Positions 9,789 through 20,000 of a DNA stretch of 20,000 nt are shown in pieces. Source of the stretch: Vezdaea acicularis (lineage: Eukaryota). The stretch lies in NCBI GenBank assembly GCA_026025075.1, contig JAPEUI010000088.1, positions 48,463 to 68,462 of the forward strand. Reading direction: 5' to 3'. Made by a program: the position numbers and the translations under genes. The notes under the pieces are model-generated. The model made no database searches and was not told the origin of the DNA. It worked only from the letters and a program-made list of their open reading frames with translations. The stretch's first letter is position 1. Every line of letters starts with the position of its first letter.

Positions 9789-11337
9789 CTACTTTTCTTT
9801 TCGCTCTATGTAGCTAGTCTTGATCACTTTCTTGACGATACTTTCCACCTCATCCCAATCTGACGTATCGATCTTCGTCATAGTAATATTGAAGTAGCTT
9901 GAGATTTCCTCTAGGTGCTCCCAACTCTTTCTATCGGAAACAAAGGAGATACTGACACCGACTCGTCCGAAACGACCTGTACGCCCTATACGATGGAGGT
10001 ATGTTTGAGGATCAGCATTGCCACGACCATCCGTTGGAATATCGTAGTTCACGACCATTGACACGGTTTGGACGTCGATACCACGAGCAAGGACATTCGT
10101 GGTAATGAGAACCTTGGCCTTGCCTGAGCGGAAAGAATCAATGACCCTATCACGTTCTGCACCCTCGAAAGCTCCGTGGAGGGCTGCAACCTGGTGACCT
10201 TCCGCGACCATGCGACGCTCAATCTCAGACGCAGTATCTCGTTTCTTTGTCTATCGTCAACTTTATCGGTTGTGACTCACTCAAAGCGGAACTTACCTTT
10301 ACGAAAATTATTGAGGATCCAATTGTCATGAGGCCATAAAGCTTCACGAGAGTATTATACTTGTCCTCGTCTGAGCTGCAATCGAGGTACAATTGCTTGA
10401 TGCCCTCCACCGTGAGCTCTTCGTGTTTCAAGGTGATTTGATTCGCTTTTGGCGCGAACGCGTTGGCGTATCTAACCACCGAGTCGGGGAATGTAGCAGA
10501 GAAAAGGACAATTTGAGCTGATTTTGAAACAGTTCTGTAATGATAATGATTAATATCAGTAAATTCAACGTGCACTTCTCCTGACGAGATAGAGACCTCT
10601 CACGTTTTGACCCGCATACATTGCTCGCCTAAGCCTTGCTGGTCCAGCATATTGTCTGCCTCGTCAAGGACGAAAACCTTGAGTTTACTGACATCTAGTT
10701 GCTTTCGTTTGATCATGTCAAGAACCGTTCCAGGGGTTCCAACGACGATTTGACTATGAATCGTTTGCCCTTTCTCTAGTGACTGGGGAATCGCAAATTG
10801 CACAGTGAGACCGTCAACAAAGCTTCCCATTGTTTGTATTACACCCATAATCTGCCGAGCTAGCTCACGGCTAGGAGCTAAACAGAGGGCTTGAGGTGGG
10901 CTGTTCTGAGTAAGATCCAGACGTGAAAGCATATTGAGCACGAATGCTGCAGTCTTGCCGGTGCCTGATTGTGACTGGCCAATCATGTTCTGTGGAGGGT
11001 TGGATAGAAGTAATGGGAGCGCCTTCTCTTGAATTTTAGAGGGCTTCTTGAAGTTCATGAGGTATATTCCCTTGAGGATTTCGGGAGAGCTAGAGAAGCC
11101 ATTACTTAGCTTCGACTCATTTATGTTTTAGAAGGATAAATACATATGAGAGAAGTTAGATGATACGTACAGCCCACCAAGCTCCTCGAAGGACTTGATA
11201 GAGTATAAAGGATTATTGGGATCGGCTTGCTTGACCTCAACATCGTATTCTGGCTCGTGAAGCGCCGTAGAAGGAAGGGGCGTTGGCAGCTCATCTTTAG
11301 GAGCCTCTGCTGGAGCTTCGACTTTGGTGTCCGCCAT
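9789..11337 (-). CDS. DBP5: ATP-dependent DEAD-box RNA helicase Dbp5 (mRNA export), about 448 aa; exons 11337-11171, 11089-10604, 10534-10297, 10244-9789
   Basis: Motifs [71 protein letters not shown] and [12 protein letters not shown]. Three GT-AG introns (11090-11170, 10535-10603, 10245-10296) keep the frame. Confidence 0.96.
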
Positions 11338-11531
11338 GTCAGGTGTAGATATCTTTTGCTTGCGCTCTGTTTGGTGATTTACAGAGGTTAGTTTTACGTG
11401 GGGTTAATGAGGCGGCACGCCTGCTGTAGCCGAGTTGGAAGGCGGCCGTGCGCGGCCCCACTATAAGTGCAGCCCTGTCTCACTACGAGATGCATCACCA
11501 GCCAAGCCAGGTACGCGCGAGCATTGCGAGA

Positions 11532-14002
11532 ATGGAGGTTGCTCCAAACTTCGGCGCAGAGTTGAAGGATGCATTTAAGCCCGTCAATGCCTGGGTATGT
11601 GCATTTACCTTTATCAGAACCCAAAGGATACTAATCCACCTAACAGGTTGCTGGAGGCATTGCATGGTTAGACGATATTCAGCAATTCTACCGAGAACGC
11701 AGCACAATTGAAAAGGAATACAGCGCAAAATTGAGCGGATTGGCGAAGAAGTACTATGAGAAGAAAGCAAGGAAATCTAGTGCTCTTAGCGTGGGTGAAA
11801 CTCCCAGCTTGACACCTGGGTCGCTCGAGAGGTGAGAGGGCAATGAAGTACACCAATACGCTCAACGGAGATCCTGACTCTGACAGCGCTTCTCTGACTA
11901 CATGGACTACACAACTTTCCACTCTTGAGTCCCGAGCAGCGGAACATGAGCGATTTGGAGGAGAACTCGTTACGAACCTAGCAGATCCAATCAAATTTAT
12001 GAGTGTACAGTTTGAAGAAATGCGAAAGCGGCATGCGGAATATGCAGCCAAGCTAGAGCAGGAACGGGATTCTTCTTATGCCGATCTTAACAAGATTAAA
12101 AGCAAGTACGATGGTTCATGTCAAGAGCTGGAGAGTCGTCGAAAAAAAGCGCAATCCTCCTTCGATACCAGCAAGCAGAAGGCTCAGAATGCATATCAAC
12201 AGCAGCTTTCTGATATGCATAATGCAAAGGTCAGTTGTTTGGTTTCAAATTTGGAGATTAGGACTGACCCATACAGAACACGTATCTGATTACCATCAAT
12301 GTTACAAATAAGCAAAAGGAGATGTATTATCACGAGTATGTTCCGGAACTACTAAATGTGGGTGAAGACACTTGATTTTTGCATGTTCTATGGACGGAAG
12401 CTGACACTCAAAGGGCAGAGCTTACAAGATATCTCTGAGACTAGAACTTCGAAGCTGAACTCGATCTGGTCATTGGCTGCAAAGATCGAGACTTCAACCC
12501 TCTCACGAAGCAGCGATCTCCTGAAACACCTTTCAAACGAGATCACAAGAAACAACCCTTTGCTTGACTCTATGATGTTTGCTCGACATAATGCAGCGCC
12601 ATGGCAAGAGCCTCCAAACATGGCATTTGAGCCTAGTCCAGTCTGGCATGATGACGACGCAATAGTGGTGGATGACACTGCCAAGATATTCTTAAGGAAT
12701 GTTCTTGGGAAGAGCAAGGGGTCCTTGTCAGAACTCAAGCGAGAGGTTGACAAAAAGAGGCGCGAGGTGGACAATATGGCGAAAATGAGAGAGAGTATCA
12801 GGTCGGGCAAAGAGAAGAAAGACGAAGTCGAAGTCGTGCGTGCGATCCTACATCTTAAGGAGCAATTGCACGAGATAGATCGGAAGCGTCTAGGAGCTGA
12901 GGTTGAGACTAAGACCATCACCTCTGCGGTCGGGGATGTCACTATCGGTGCAAGAAACCACAACTTCAAGGCGCAAACTTTCAAGATCCCAACGAATTGT
13001 GATCTATGTGGGGATCGTATATGGGGCCTATCCGCCAAAGGATTCGATTGTGAAGACTGCGGCTACACGTGTCACAGTAAGTGCGAGCTCAAGGTGCCAG
13101 CGGACTGCCCTGGAGAGCAATCGAAGGAGGCAAGGAAAAAACTCAAGGGCGAACGCCAGAAGGCAGCCAACGCACATCACACCGTGGCAGAGCCAACGAA
13201 CGGAGCCTCTGAGATGCCTACGATCAGTAGAAGTAATACTATGAACTCTTTAAGTTCTGGGTATGCTGCCAGCGCACACCGCTCAGTATCAGGTCTCGGA
13301 CCCTCCACTCCAACGGAAGAAAGCATTCCCGAGAATGCTCCTGCTGCCACTGCGAAGCCGCCTCCTAGTAAAGCGAGTGCCTCACGGAGGAACCGTGTGA
13401 TTGCCCCTCCACCAACTCAATACGTTAGCGAGCTTCCCGCCAACGGCGAAAACGGCGTTTCACTTGCGAAGACTGAGCAGCATGGAGTGATGCTCTATGC
13501 TTATGAAGCCAATGGGGAGGGAGAGATTTCGTTGCATGATGGACGAGATGTGGTTGTTCTGGAACCCGATGGTATGTACATCTTCGAAGCTTTCTAGCAT
13601 GTGCTATTACTCACGTTACATGTAGACGGTGGGTGGACCAAAGTCCGGGCTGGAGCAAGGGAGGGTCTAGTCCCCACTGCCTACCTCGAATTGCGTTCAG
13701 CGGCGCCATCGCTATCAGAGAGGCCGGCTTCGACGTATTCAAACTCCTCGGCATCCTTCACCGGCAGCACTGCTCCCACGAAAAAGAAGGGACCCACCGT
13801 TGCGCCAAAGCGGGGAGCTAAGAAACTAAAATACGTCGAGGCCATGTACGAGTACGAAGCGCGCACGGATGCGGAATGGAGCATGTCGGAGGGCGAGAGG
13901 TTCGTGCTCATCAACAAAGACGCCGGTGATGGCTGGGCGGACGTGGAGAAAGGCGGGGTGACGAAGAGCGTCCCCGCCAACTACATTCAGGATGTTGCGT
14001 AG
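11532..14002 (+). CDS. BZZ1: Bzz1, F-BAR/C1/tandem-SH3 actin and endocytosis regulator, about 733 aa; exons 11532-11594, 11647-11831, 11887-12229, 12277-12357, 12419-13571, 13626-14002
   Basis: F-BAR start (FGAELKD...W|V..GIAWLDDIQQFYRERSTIEKEY), C1 domain (HNFKAQTFKIPTNCDLC...GFDCEDCGYTCHSKC...C), and two SH3 domains (MLYAYEA...GWT...EGLVPTAY; AMYEYEA...GWA...VPANYI). Five GT-AG introns give 2202 nt in frame. An alternative in-frame ATG exists at 11490. Confidence 0.93.
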
Positions 14003-14610
14003 GCTGCTTGGCATTCTTGGAGTCTCATCTGCCTTTGGAGGTCATCCGGGAGTTGTGGAACGCCGGTTTGCATTGGGTCCGGCGCTATGTGGGGAGCTTT
14101 ACTCTTCCGTATCGTTCCATTCGTTCGTACACTTCGACATCAGTATATATGCCTACCAGCGAGGAAGAAGATCGAGGTAGTTGTACCATCGCTACCGAAT
14201 TATGGACTAATCAGCGGAGACCGCCATCCCTATCGAGAATATTCTTGGTCGCATTCCGTGGTGGCAAGAAATGTCTAGACTTTGGAAAGCCGAGATCGTC
14301 TCTCTCGTGTCTTTCAAGTCTATTAATATCGCAATCGTGACCTGACCATGACGCACGTGCATCAAACGCACTACCAAGAACAATCGACCTTCAATTCGAA
14401 CGAGATCGACGTCTCTTGGAAGTTGTCTTCTTGCTAGAAATTGCCCCATCTACCTGCGACCGGAGCGGCCAGCGACTGACGGCTCTCGTTGCGCGATGCG
14501 TTCCGCCACCACTTCATCCCCCTCAAACTGCTGATCCCACAAGCGAGATTTGTTCCATACGAACCCCAGCACCCGCCCGGCACGTCCAGAGGCTGACTCC
14601 ATGGCTGCCT

Positions 14611-14852
14611 CTTGGCGCCGCGTTGCAATGAGCGTGGCCGCGACCAGTTTTGCTTCCGTCTTGGCGGGCTGCCAATTGCTCTTGGAACATTCATCGGGGA
14701 GGGAGATGGCAGCAGGCCTGGCCGCTGAAAGAGCGTGAAGTAGTGGGGAGTGGCCCCTTTGGCGCGCGGACATGCCAAGCGCGAGCGTCGTCAGGGATGG
14801 CTTGCGGTGCCGGGCGAAATTCAGGGCCCCTCGCTTAGCGGTCGCCCCTGGC
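14611..14852. promoter_or_regulatory. Cluster of five PacC/Rim101-type GCCARG sites upstream of the GH72 gene
   Basis: CTTGGC at 14611, CTTGGC at 14660, CCTGGC at 14717, GCCAAG at 14774 and CCTGGC at 14847. Confidence 0.45.
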
Positions 14853-15224
14853 CGTTTTTTTGCAGAATAGGCCGGCGCGGCGGCCAGTCAGACGCGATGT
14901 TTTCCCTCGCCTGGGGATATTCCGGTACGGCGTCCCCTTTTCGTCCTCCTGCTCTTCAAATCCAGCCGGTCTTTTCCCCCTCCTTCTTTCCTCATCAACT
15001 TCGACACTTCCAACTCACCCACTTTCGCTGCTGTCGACTCTTTCCAGGTTTTCTGATCTGCGTTTTCTAGACTGCCTCTCACTCCCTCGAGGCTTTCTCT
15101 CCAGAGACTTTGTTTGGAGCTTTTTTACTCTTCACGACACGACTTTACCGGGCCATTTCGTTCGGTTTTGCTCCGTGATCCATCACTACAACTAGTGTTT
15201 TTGACCTCCAATCATTATTTCATA

Positions 15225-16666
15225 ATGAAGGGCTTATCTATTCTGTCCACTTCGGTGGCTCTTGCAACCACAGCATACGCTGCTGCTCTGTCCAAGCGTG
15301 GAGATCTTCCTTCCGTCACAGTCAAGGGCAACGGTATGTGGACCAAGAATTGACCGGGCAGACTCGATCACCAGCATTACTGACATTGTCCTCTAGCCTT
15401 CTGGACCGGCAGTGACCGCTTCTACGTCCGTGGCGTCGACTATCAACCAGGTGGTTCGTCCAAGGTCACCGACCCCATCGCCGACCCCAGTACATGCAAA
15501 CGCGACATTGCCGAATTCCAGAAGCTCGGTATCAACACTGTACGTGTGTACAGTGTTGACAACTCGAAGTCGCATGACGAGTGTATGCAAGCATTGAATG
15601 ACGCCGGCATCTACTTGGTACTTGATGTGAACACACCTCTGTACTCGATCAACCGAGCCGACCCTGCCAGCTCGTACAACGACGTGTATCTACAGAATGT
15701 ATTCGCAACTGTCGATGCTTTCCAGAAATACCCTAATACCCTTGCTTTCTTCTCCGGAAACGAGGTTATCAACGATGCCGGAAGCACCAAGTGTGCCCCT
15801 TACGTCAAGGCCGTCACCCGTGATATTCGTCAGTACATCGGATCTCGTGGATACAGGAAGATCCCTGTTGGATACTCAGCAGCCGATGTCGAGCAGAACC
15901 GAAAGCAGATGGCTGATTTCATGAACTGTGGGACTGATGATGAGCGAAGCGATTTCTTCGCCTTCAACGACTATTCCTGGTGTGATCCCTCTGACTTTAC
16001 CACCTCGGGCTGGAAGGACAAGGTGAAGAACTTCAGCGACTACAGTATCCCTCTCTTGTGAGTGTTGCTCTGTCTGAAACATCGTCTCTAGCCCTGCTAA
16101 CTTGTTTAAGCCTCTCCGAATATGGCTGCAACACCAATACGCGCAAATTCGAAGAAGTTAAATCCCTGTATAGCACCGACATGAGCGCCGTTTTCTCCGG
16201 TGGTCTCGTGTACGAATACTCCGAGGAAGGCTCCAAGTATGGTCTCGTCGAGATCTCCGGCTCCAGCGTCTCTGAGCTTGACGACTTTGGTGCCCTCCAA
16301 AGCGCTCTCTCCGGCCAATCCAACCCCTCCGGAGACGGTGGCTACAAGGCCTCCGGTGCCGCCAGCACCTGCCCGCCCCAGAGCGGTAACTGGGATGTCA
16401 GCGGTGACCAGCTCCCCGCTATCCCCGACCCAGCCAAGAAGTACATGACCCAAGGCGCCGGAGCCGGCGTTGGTCTCGGCGGTTCCGGATCCCAGAACGC
16501 CGGCACGAAGAGCAGCGGCTTTGCCTCCCCAGGCAGCGGCTCCGTCAACGGATCCCCGACGAAGAAGAGCGATGCCAGTCTTCGGGCGCCGCCAATGACA
16601 TTCGCGCCCGTGATGTGTGGATTGGTCGTTGTGCTGTCGAGCGTGTTGGGTGCCTCCCTCCTATAA
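15225..16666 (+). CDS. gel1: GPI-anchored beta-1,3-glucanosyltransferase, GH72 without X8 domain (Gel1/Gas5-like), 441 aa; exons 15225-15333, 15397-16057, 16111-16666
   Basis: Signal peptide followed by KR; motifs KGNAF...RFYVRGVDYQPG and GINTVRVYSVDNS; catalytic Glu motifs FSGNEV and FLSEYGC; FSGGLVYEYS; Ser/Gly-rich stalk; hydrophobic GPI signal (VMCGLVVVLSSVLGASLL*). Introns 15334-15396 and 16058-16110. Confidence 0.93.
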
Positions 16667-17297
16667 GCAGAGCGGGCAACTCCGTCTCTCTGAAAATCAT
16701 TTACGCGCATTATCAATAAAGACAAAGTACACATGCACACACCAAAACCCTCGAACGGCACTCATGTACACTACATCTCCCTTCGTACCGCTTTTCGTCA
16801 TTGGTCTCATCATCCGGTGTCAACCTCTCTCTCTCTATACGATTCACTTTTTTCTTGGGGGCCGGTTGGGGCGAAAGCCTGAGTTGGACTGCTGGCACTC
16901 GTTGTCGTCATTCTTTGCGTTCTGGCTTGGTCGGGCTTAGGGCAGTCACCCAGTGCGGAATAGATATATGTAAAACCTTCAATTGAAAAAAACACTATAA
17001 CTACCCCAAATCTCACACGCCGAGAATCATGTGATACGCTGTGGCCTACCTAAAGTGCTGACAGGTTGAGAGTTGGGTAGAAGGCGTGAGCGGATGGACC
17101 GACGATTTAGAGCGCCGTGGAACAGTTTGACTCCCCCCTCCCCGAACCGCTTCCCCCCTCACCTCCCACGTTCTAGCCTAGGGGGTTTTGAACATACATT
17201 CCTGCTTAGAGCTGTGCAAAGACGAGAACACAGTAGAGCGACGGCGCGATAAGGTTTACACGAAACTAATCCCATAGCTCCATCCTCTGAACGCCGA

Positions 17298-19027
17298 TCA
17301 ACCAGCTAAGACCCTTCCCACGTGCAACACACCCTCACCCAGCTCCCCCACATCTCCAGCCCAGACAACCACCAGCGTGACTCTCGAGAACAACACTCTC
17401 TCCTCTAGCGCCCTCACGCCCTCCTCTCCTAACCCCGCTACACTCTCTACTGTCCCTCCAAAAAGCTCCATCCAAGCCCTCTCCGCGATAAAAATGCCTG
17501 TCCGCTCTCTTACTCCTACTCCTGCAGATCTGCCGAATAACTCGCCACTCTCGTCAATAGCAGCGCCGAGGACTTTGGGGTTCATACCTAGCTTCACTTG
17601 CTGGTATCCGCAGTTGTGACAACGCCCTGTGGTCTTGTTGGCATGGATGGTTATGCCGCATGTAGGACAGTCTCCTACGCAGAGGCGGGAATGCGTGGTG
17701 AGGTTGTAGAGGTGGAGTTCGATGATGACGAGGGAGAGGAACGCAGGGATGGGCGAGCCGCGGGGGAAGGTGTCACGGGCGGCGCTGGCGAGGTCGGAGA
17801 GGTTGTGGAGGACTCTGTTCTCTGCGCTTAGGATTGCTTCGAAATCGAAGGCTACACGGACTTGAGTTTGGGCGGGGGAGGAGAGAGGTGGAGTCTGCTG
17901 CTGCTGTAGCTGCTGTTGGTGCTGTTGGTGCTGTTGGTGCTGTTGATGCTGCAAATAGGGTCGTAGGCGCTGTGCTTGCTGCCTGAGTATCTCTGATTCG
18001 GGAATCGGCGGGTCGACCTGCAGCAAAGAATCACTCTTTAGTGAGAGGTAAGCTCCTCGAACCCCAGCGTAGAACGTAGGGGCGGTGAGAAGGAGGATTG
18101 TGTATGAAGGCTGCCATGCTGTAGCGCTGAGGGAAGCGCTTTGCCAGAGCGTAAGGATCGCAGTGGCAGAACTGTCGGAGACATGGACGTCGGTTCTGAA
18201 ACTGTTGACGGTGTGCTTGGAAGGAACTTTTGATTGGAAAAAAATAAGTGACGGAAAAGAGTTATTAGGTGTTGGGGAAGGGAGATAGTATCAAGTACGG
18301 GGAAGGGATTGATACCGGATTTGCGAGCACCGATACTCTTCACGCAAACAATGAGCCTGACGCCCTCAATCTCGTGGTTTCCACTGATGAAGGATGCAAG
18401 CGTGAAGTGCTTGTCGAGTGGCCCACCAAGATGGTAATTTAACGGCATTCGACAGATGGACATGTTTTCATGTAGCGCGTGCAGCATGCAGTAACTTGAA
18501 TTATCGCGCTCTGGGGAGATGGACGTCATCAGTACTGTTGACATTGTTTGGAATCCTGCTTGGGAGCTGGCAGCAATGAATGCCGTCCAGATAGTACAAA
18601 GCTGCCCAAGATGTAAACTGTAGGTGGCTTTGTGATAGTAGAGTTTTACCTGCGAGGAATTAGAGAATGTCAAGAAAAGGGGACGTGGGTTAATGCGTAC
18701 CAACAGGGCGCCAGTGTCATCAATAAGAACCAGCTTCCAATGGCCCTTTGCACTTCTCTCGGCTTTGCTTTTGGATAGCATTTCTGACATGTGAGCGATC
18801 CTCCCTCTGACGGCTACGGCTTTTGGCCCCGGCATTAGGAGGCCGATGCCAATCTCGACATATTCAGTACAAGCCATCCATTTCTGATCTAGAGTGCTGA
18901 TAGTGCTCTGACCCGTTGGCGAGGATGCTTCACCGCCATGCTGGTTATCTTGATTGCCGCAAGCAGTGCCGTTTGGAAGGGTTTCTCGTCGGGAGAATGA
19001 CTGGATAGATGGATCGAATGGCGCCAT
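17298..19027 (-). CDS. Multi-OB-fold ssDNA-binding protein with a C4 zinc ribbon (RPA1 paralogue type, MEIOB-like), 529 aa; exons 19027-18701, 18649-18316, 18226-17298
   Basis: Introns 18650-18700 and 18227-18315 fuse the two track ORFs into one 1590-nt frame. It has three OB-like units (VRGRIA...KLVLIDDTGA; CVKSIG...[25 protein letters not shown]...AWMELFG), with CPTC-x12-CHNC inside the third unit as in RPA70 DBD-C. Confidence 0.75.
17895..17951 (-). repeat. Coding tandem repeat (CAGCACCAA)n/(CAG)n encoding QHQQHQQHQQHQQQLQQQQ
   Basis: Read directly; it lies in the linker between the second and third OB-like units. Confidence 0.9.
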
Positions 19028-19435
19028 ACGGGACAGATCTAGGTGTTGTTTTTACATAAGAATAGAGGCTGTTAAGGATAGGTTAGAGATGCGCCGTAGA
19101 TGAAAGACCGATGGGTTGGCCGCAGAAAAGTCACGCTATGGATGGTTAGGGCAGGGTTTCCCCTAGAACCCGTTCTGTTAGCGAGGGGTGCTCATGAGAT
19201 CATTCGCTCATCCCTCCCCCGAAATCAAAATGTAAGCAGTCTTGTTTAATTTGGTTATTGGCAGACCTAAGGAGTGTGGTTATGATAGACTGAGATCATC
19301 ACTAGCCAGTAAATCAAGTTGAAAAGGCCATAAAAGCAACCACCATATCCTCGTGCCACCTGTCAGATTCTCCTCTTCAACCAGATCCGTTGCCAGCCTA
19401 TGTTGAAATAGGGCCTCGCCTTAGGTGCTTTCCAT

Positions 19436-20000
19436 CTAGAATAGCTTGTGCTCAAGAGTCATGTCAGACTCTGGCTCAAGGCCTACGCAAGCGCGGAAGA
19501 TATTGGTGAGGGCGCCGCGCTGCTTAGCAAGAGCATTTACTACTGGCGTCCCAGGAGGAACCAGTGGTGCCTGTGACAACTTTAGTAACGTTCATCTCAA
19601 CGGCTTTGGGGTTTGGAATCGAACCTTAAGCATGTAGCTGAGGATACTGAGTACGCTATGGAACCCTTTGTACCCTTTGGCGGAAGTCGCGTCGCCAGTG
19701 TGTACTCTCCAACTGATTCGTGTCATCATCTCAGCGATGAGGACAAGATCAATGATGAGGGGCGAGGCCAATAGAGAGTCCTCGCAGACATTGAACAGAC
19801 TGGGTGACAAGTTAGCTGGCTAGGTAATATAAGATAGATATTTTCTACCACTCACGATATCGTTTGATGTCCCCCCATGAAGATCTCTGCGTAGTATTCA
19901 TCGAGGGCACGTTTGTTGTCACCGACGGCTGGCATGTATTTGATGACGACAGTATGGTCTGGATGTTCACCTTTCTTGTAAAGAACGGTGTTGGCCTCGA
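19436..20000 (-). CDS. INO1: myo-inositol-1-phosphate synthase, 3' part (5'-truncated by the window); exons >20000-19856, 19799-19625, 19570-19436
   Basis: Spliced translation reads [55 protein letters not shown]...[31 protein letters not shown]...[18 protein letters not shown]. Introns 19800-19855 and 19571-19624. Confidence 0.97.

Noticed and set aside
12388..13038. Long antisense ORF inside BZZ1 (similar ones lie inside OPY2, NOT3 and gel1)
   Set aside because: These are shadows of the codon usage of the real genes on the opposite strand.
14978..15087. CNYTCNYT (Ssd1/GUL-1-type) matches in the gel1 leader
   Set aside because: Biologically plausible for a cell-wall mRNA, but the motif is degenerate and the region is pyrimidine-rich, so the matches are not distinguishable from chance.
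14008..15195. Many overlapping 60-115 aa ORFs between BZZ1 and gel1
   Set aside because: These are expected by chance in GC-rich promoter and pyrimidine-rich UTR sequence, and none has protein-like features.
18026..18040. Apparent frameshift or pseudogenisation between ORFs 18038-19027 and 17298-18026
   Set aside because: After removing intron 18227-18315 the frame runs through this point intact (AYLSLKSDSLLQVDP).
1..20000. Possibility of a functional gene cluster, transposon, CRISPR-like array or stop-codon readthrough/editing signal
   Set aside because: The genes are functionally unrelated housekeeping or regulatory genes. I found no TIR/LTR or transposase motifs, no regular repeat-spacer pattern, no TGA-CTA readthrough context and no internal TAG in the modelled CDSs.

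Overview
Gene-dense eukaryotic DNA from a filamentous ascomycete (Pezizomycotina, inferred from short introns with CTRAC branch sites and the gene set). Nine protein-coding genes can be modelled by hand. In order: an Opy2-like membrane anchor (5'-truncated), a two-finger C2H2 protein, CCR4-NOT subunit Not3/Not5, GAF-domain free methionine-R-sulfoxide reductase (fRMsr), Dbp5 helicase, Bzz1 (F-BAR/C1/2xSH3), a GPI-anchored GH72 glucanosyltransferase, a multi-OB-fold/zinc-ribbon protein resembling meiotic MEIOB, and the 3' part of INO1. I saw no mobile element, CRISPR array, rRNA or tRNA, and no clearly new multi-gene system. The best leads are the MEIOB-like gene, a strand-specific GGCGU motif array in a long putative 3'UTR, non-canonical splice sites in the fRMsr gene, a decayed intron-containing gene relic at about 5.5-5.9 kb, and five PacC-type sites upstream of the GH72 gene. 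Homology calls are from recalled family motifs, not database searches.
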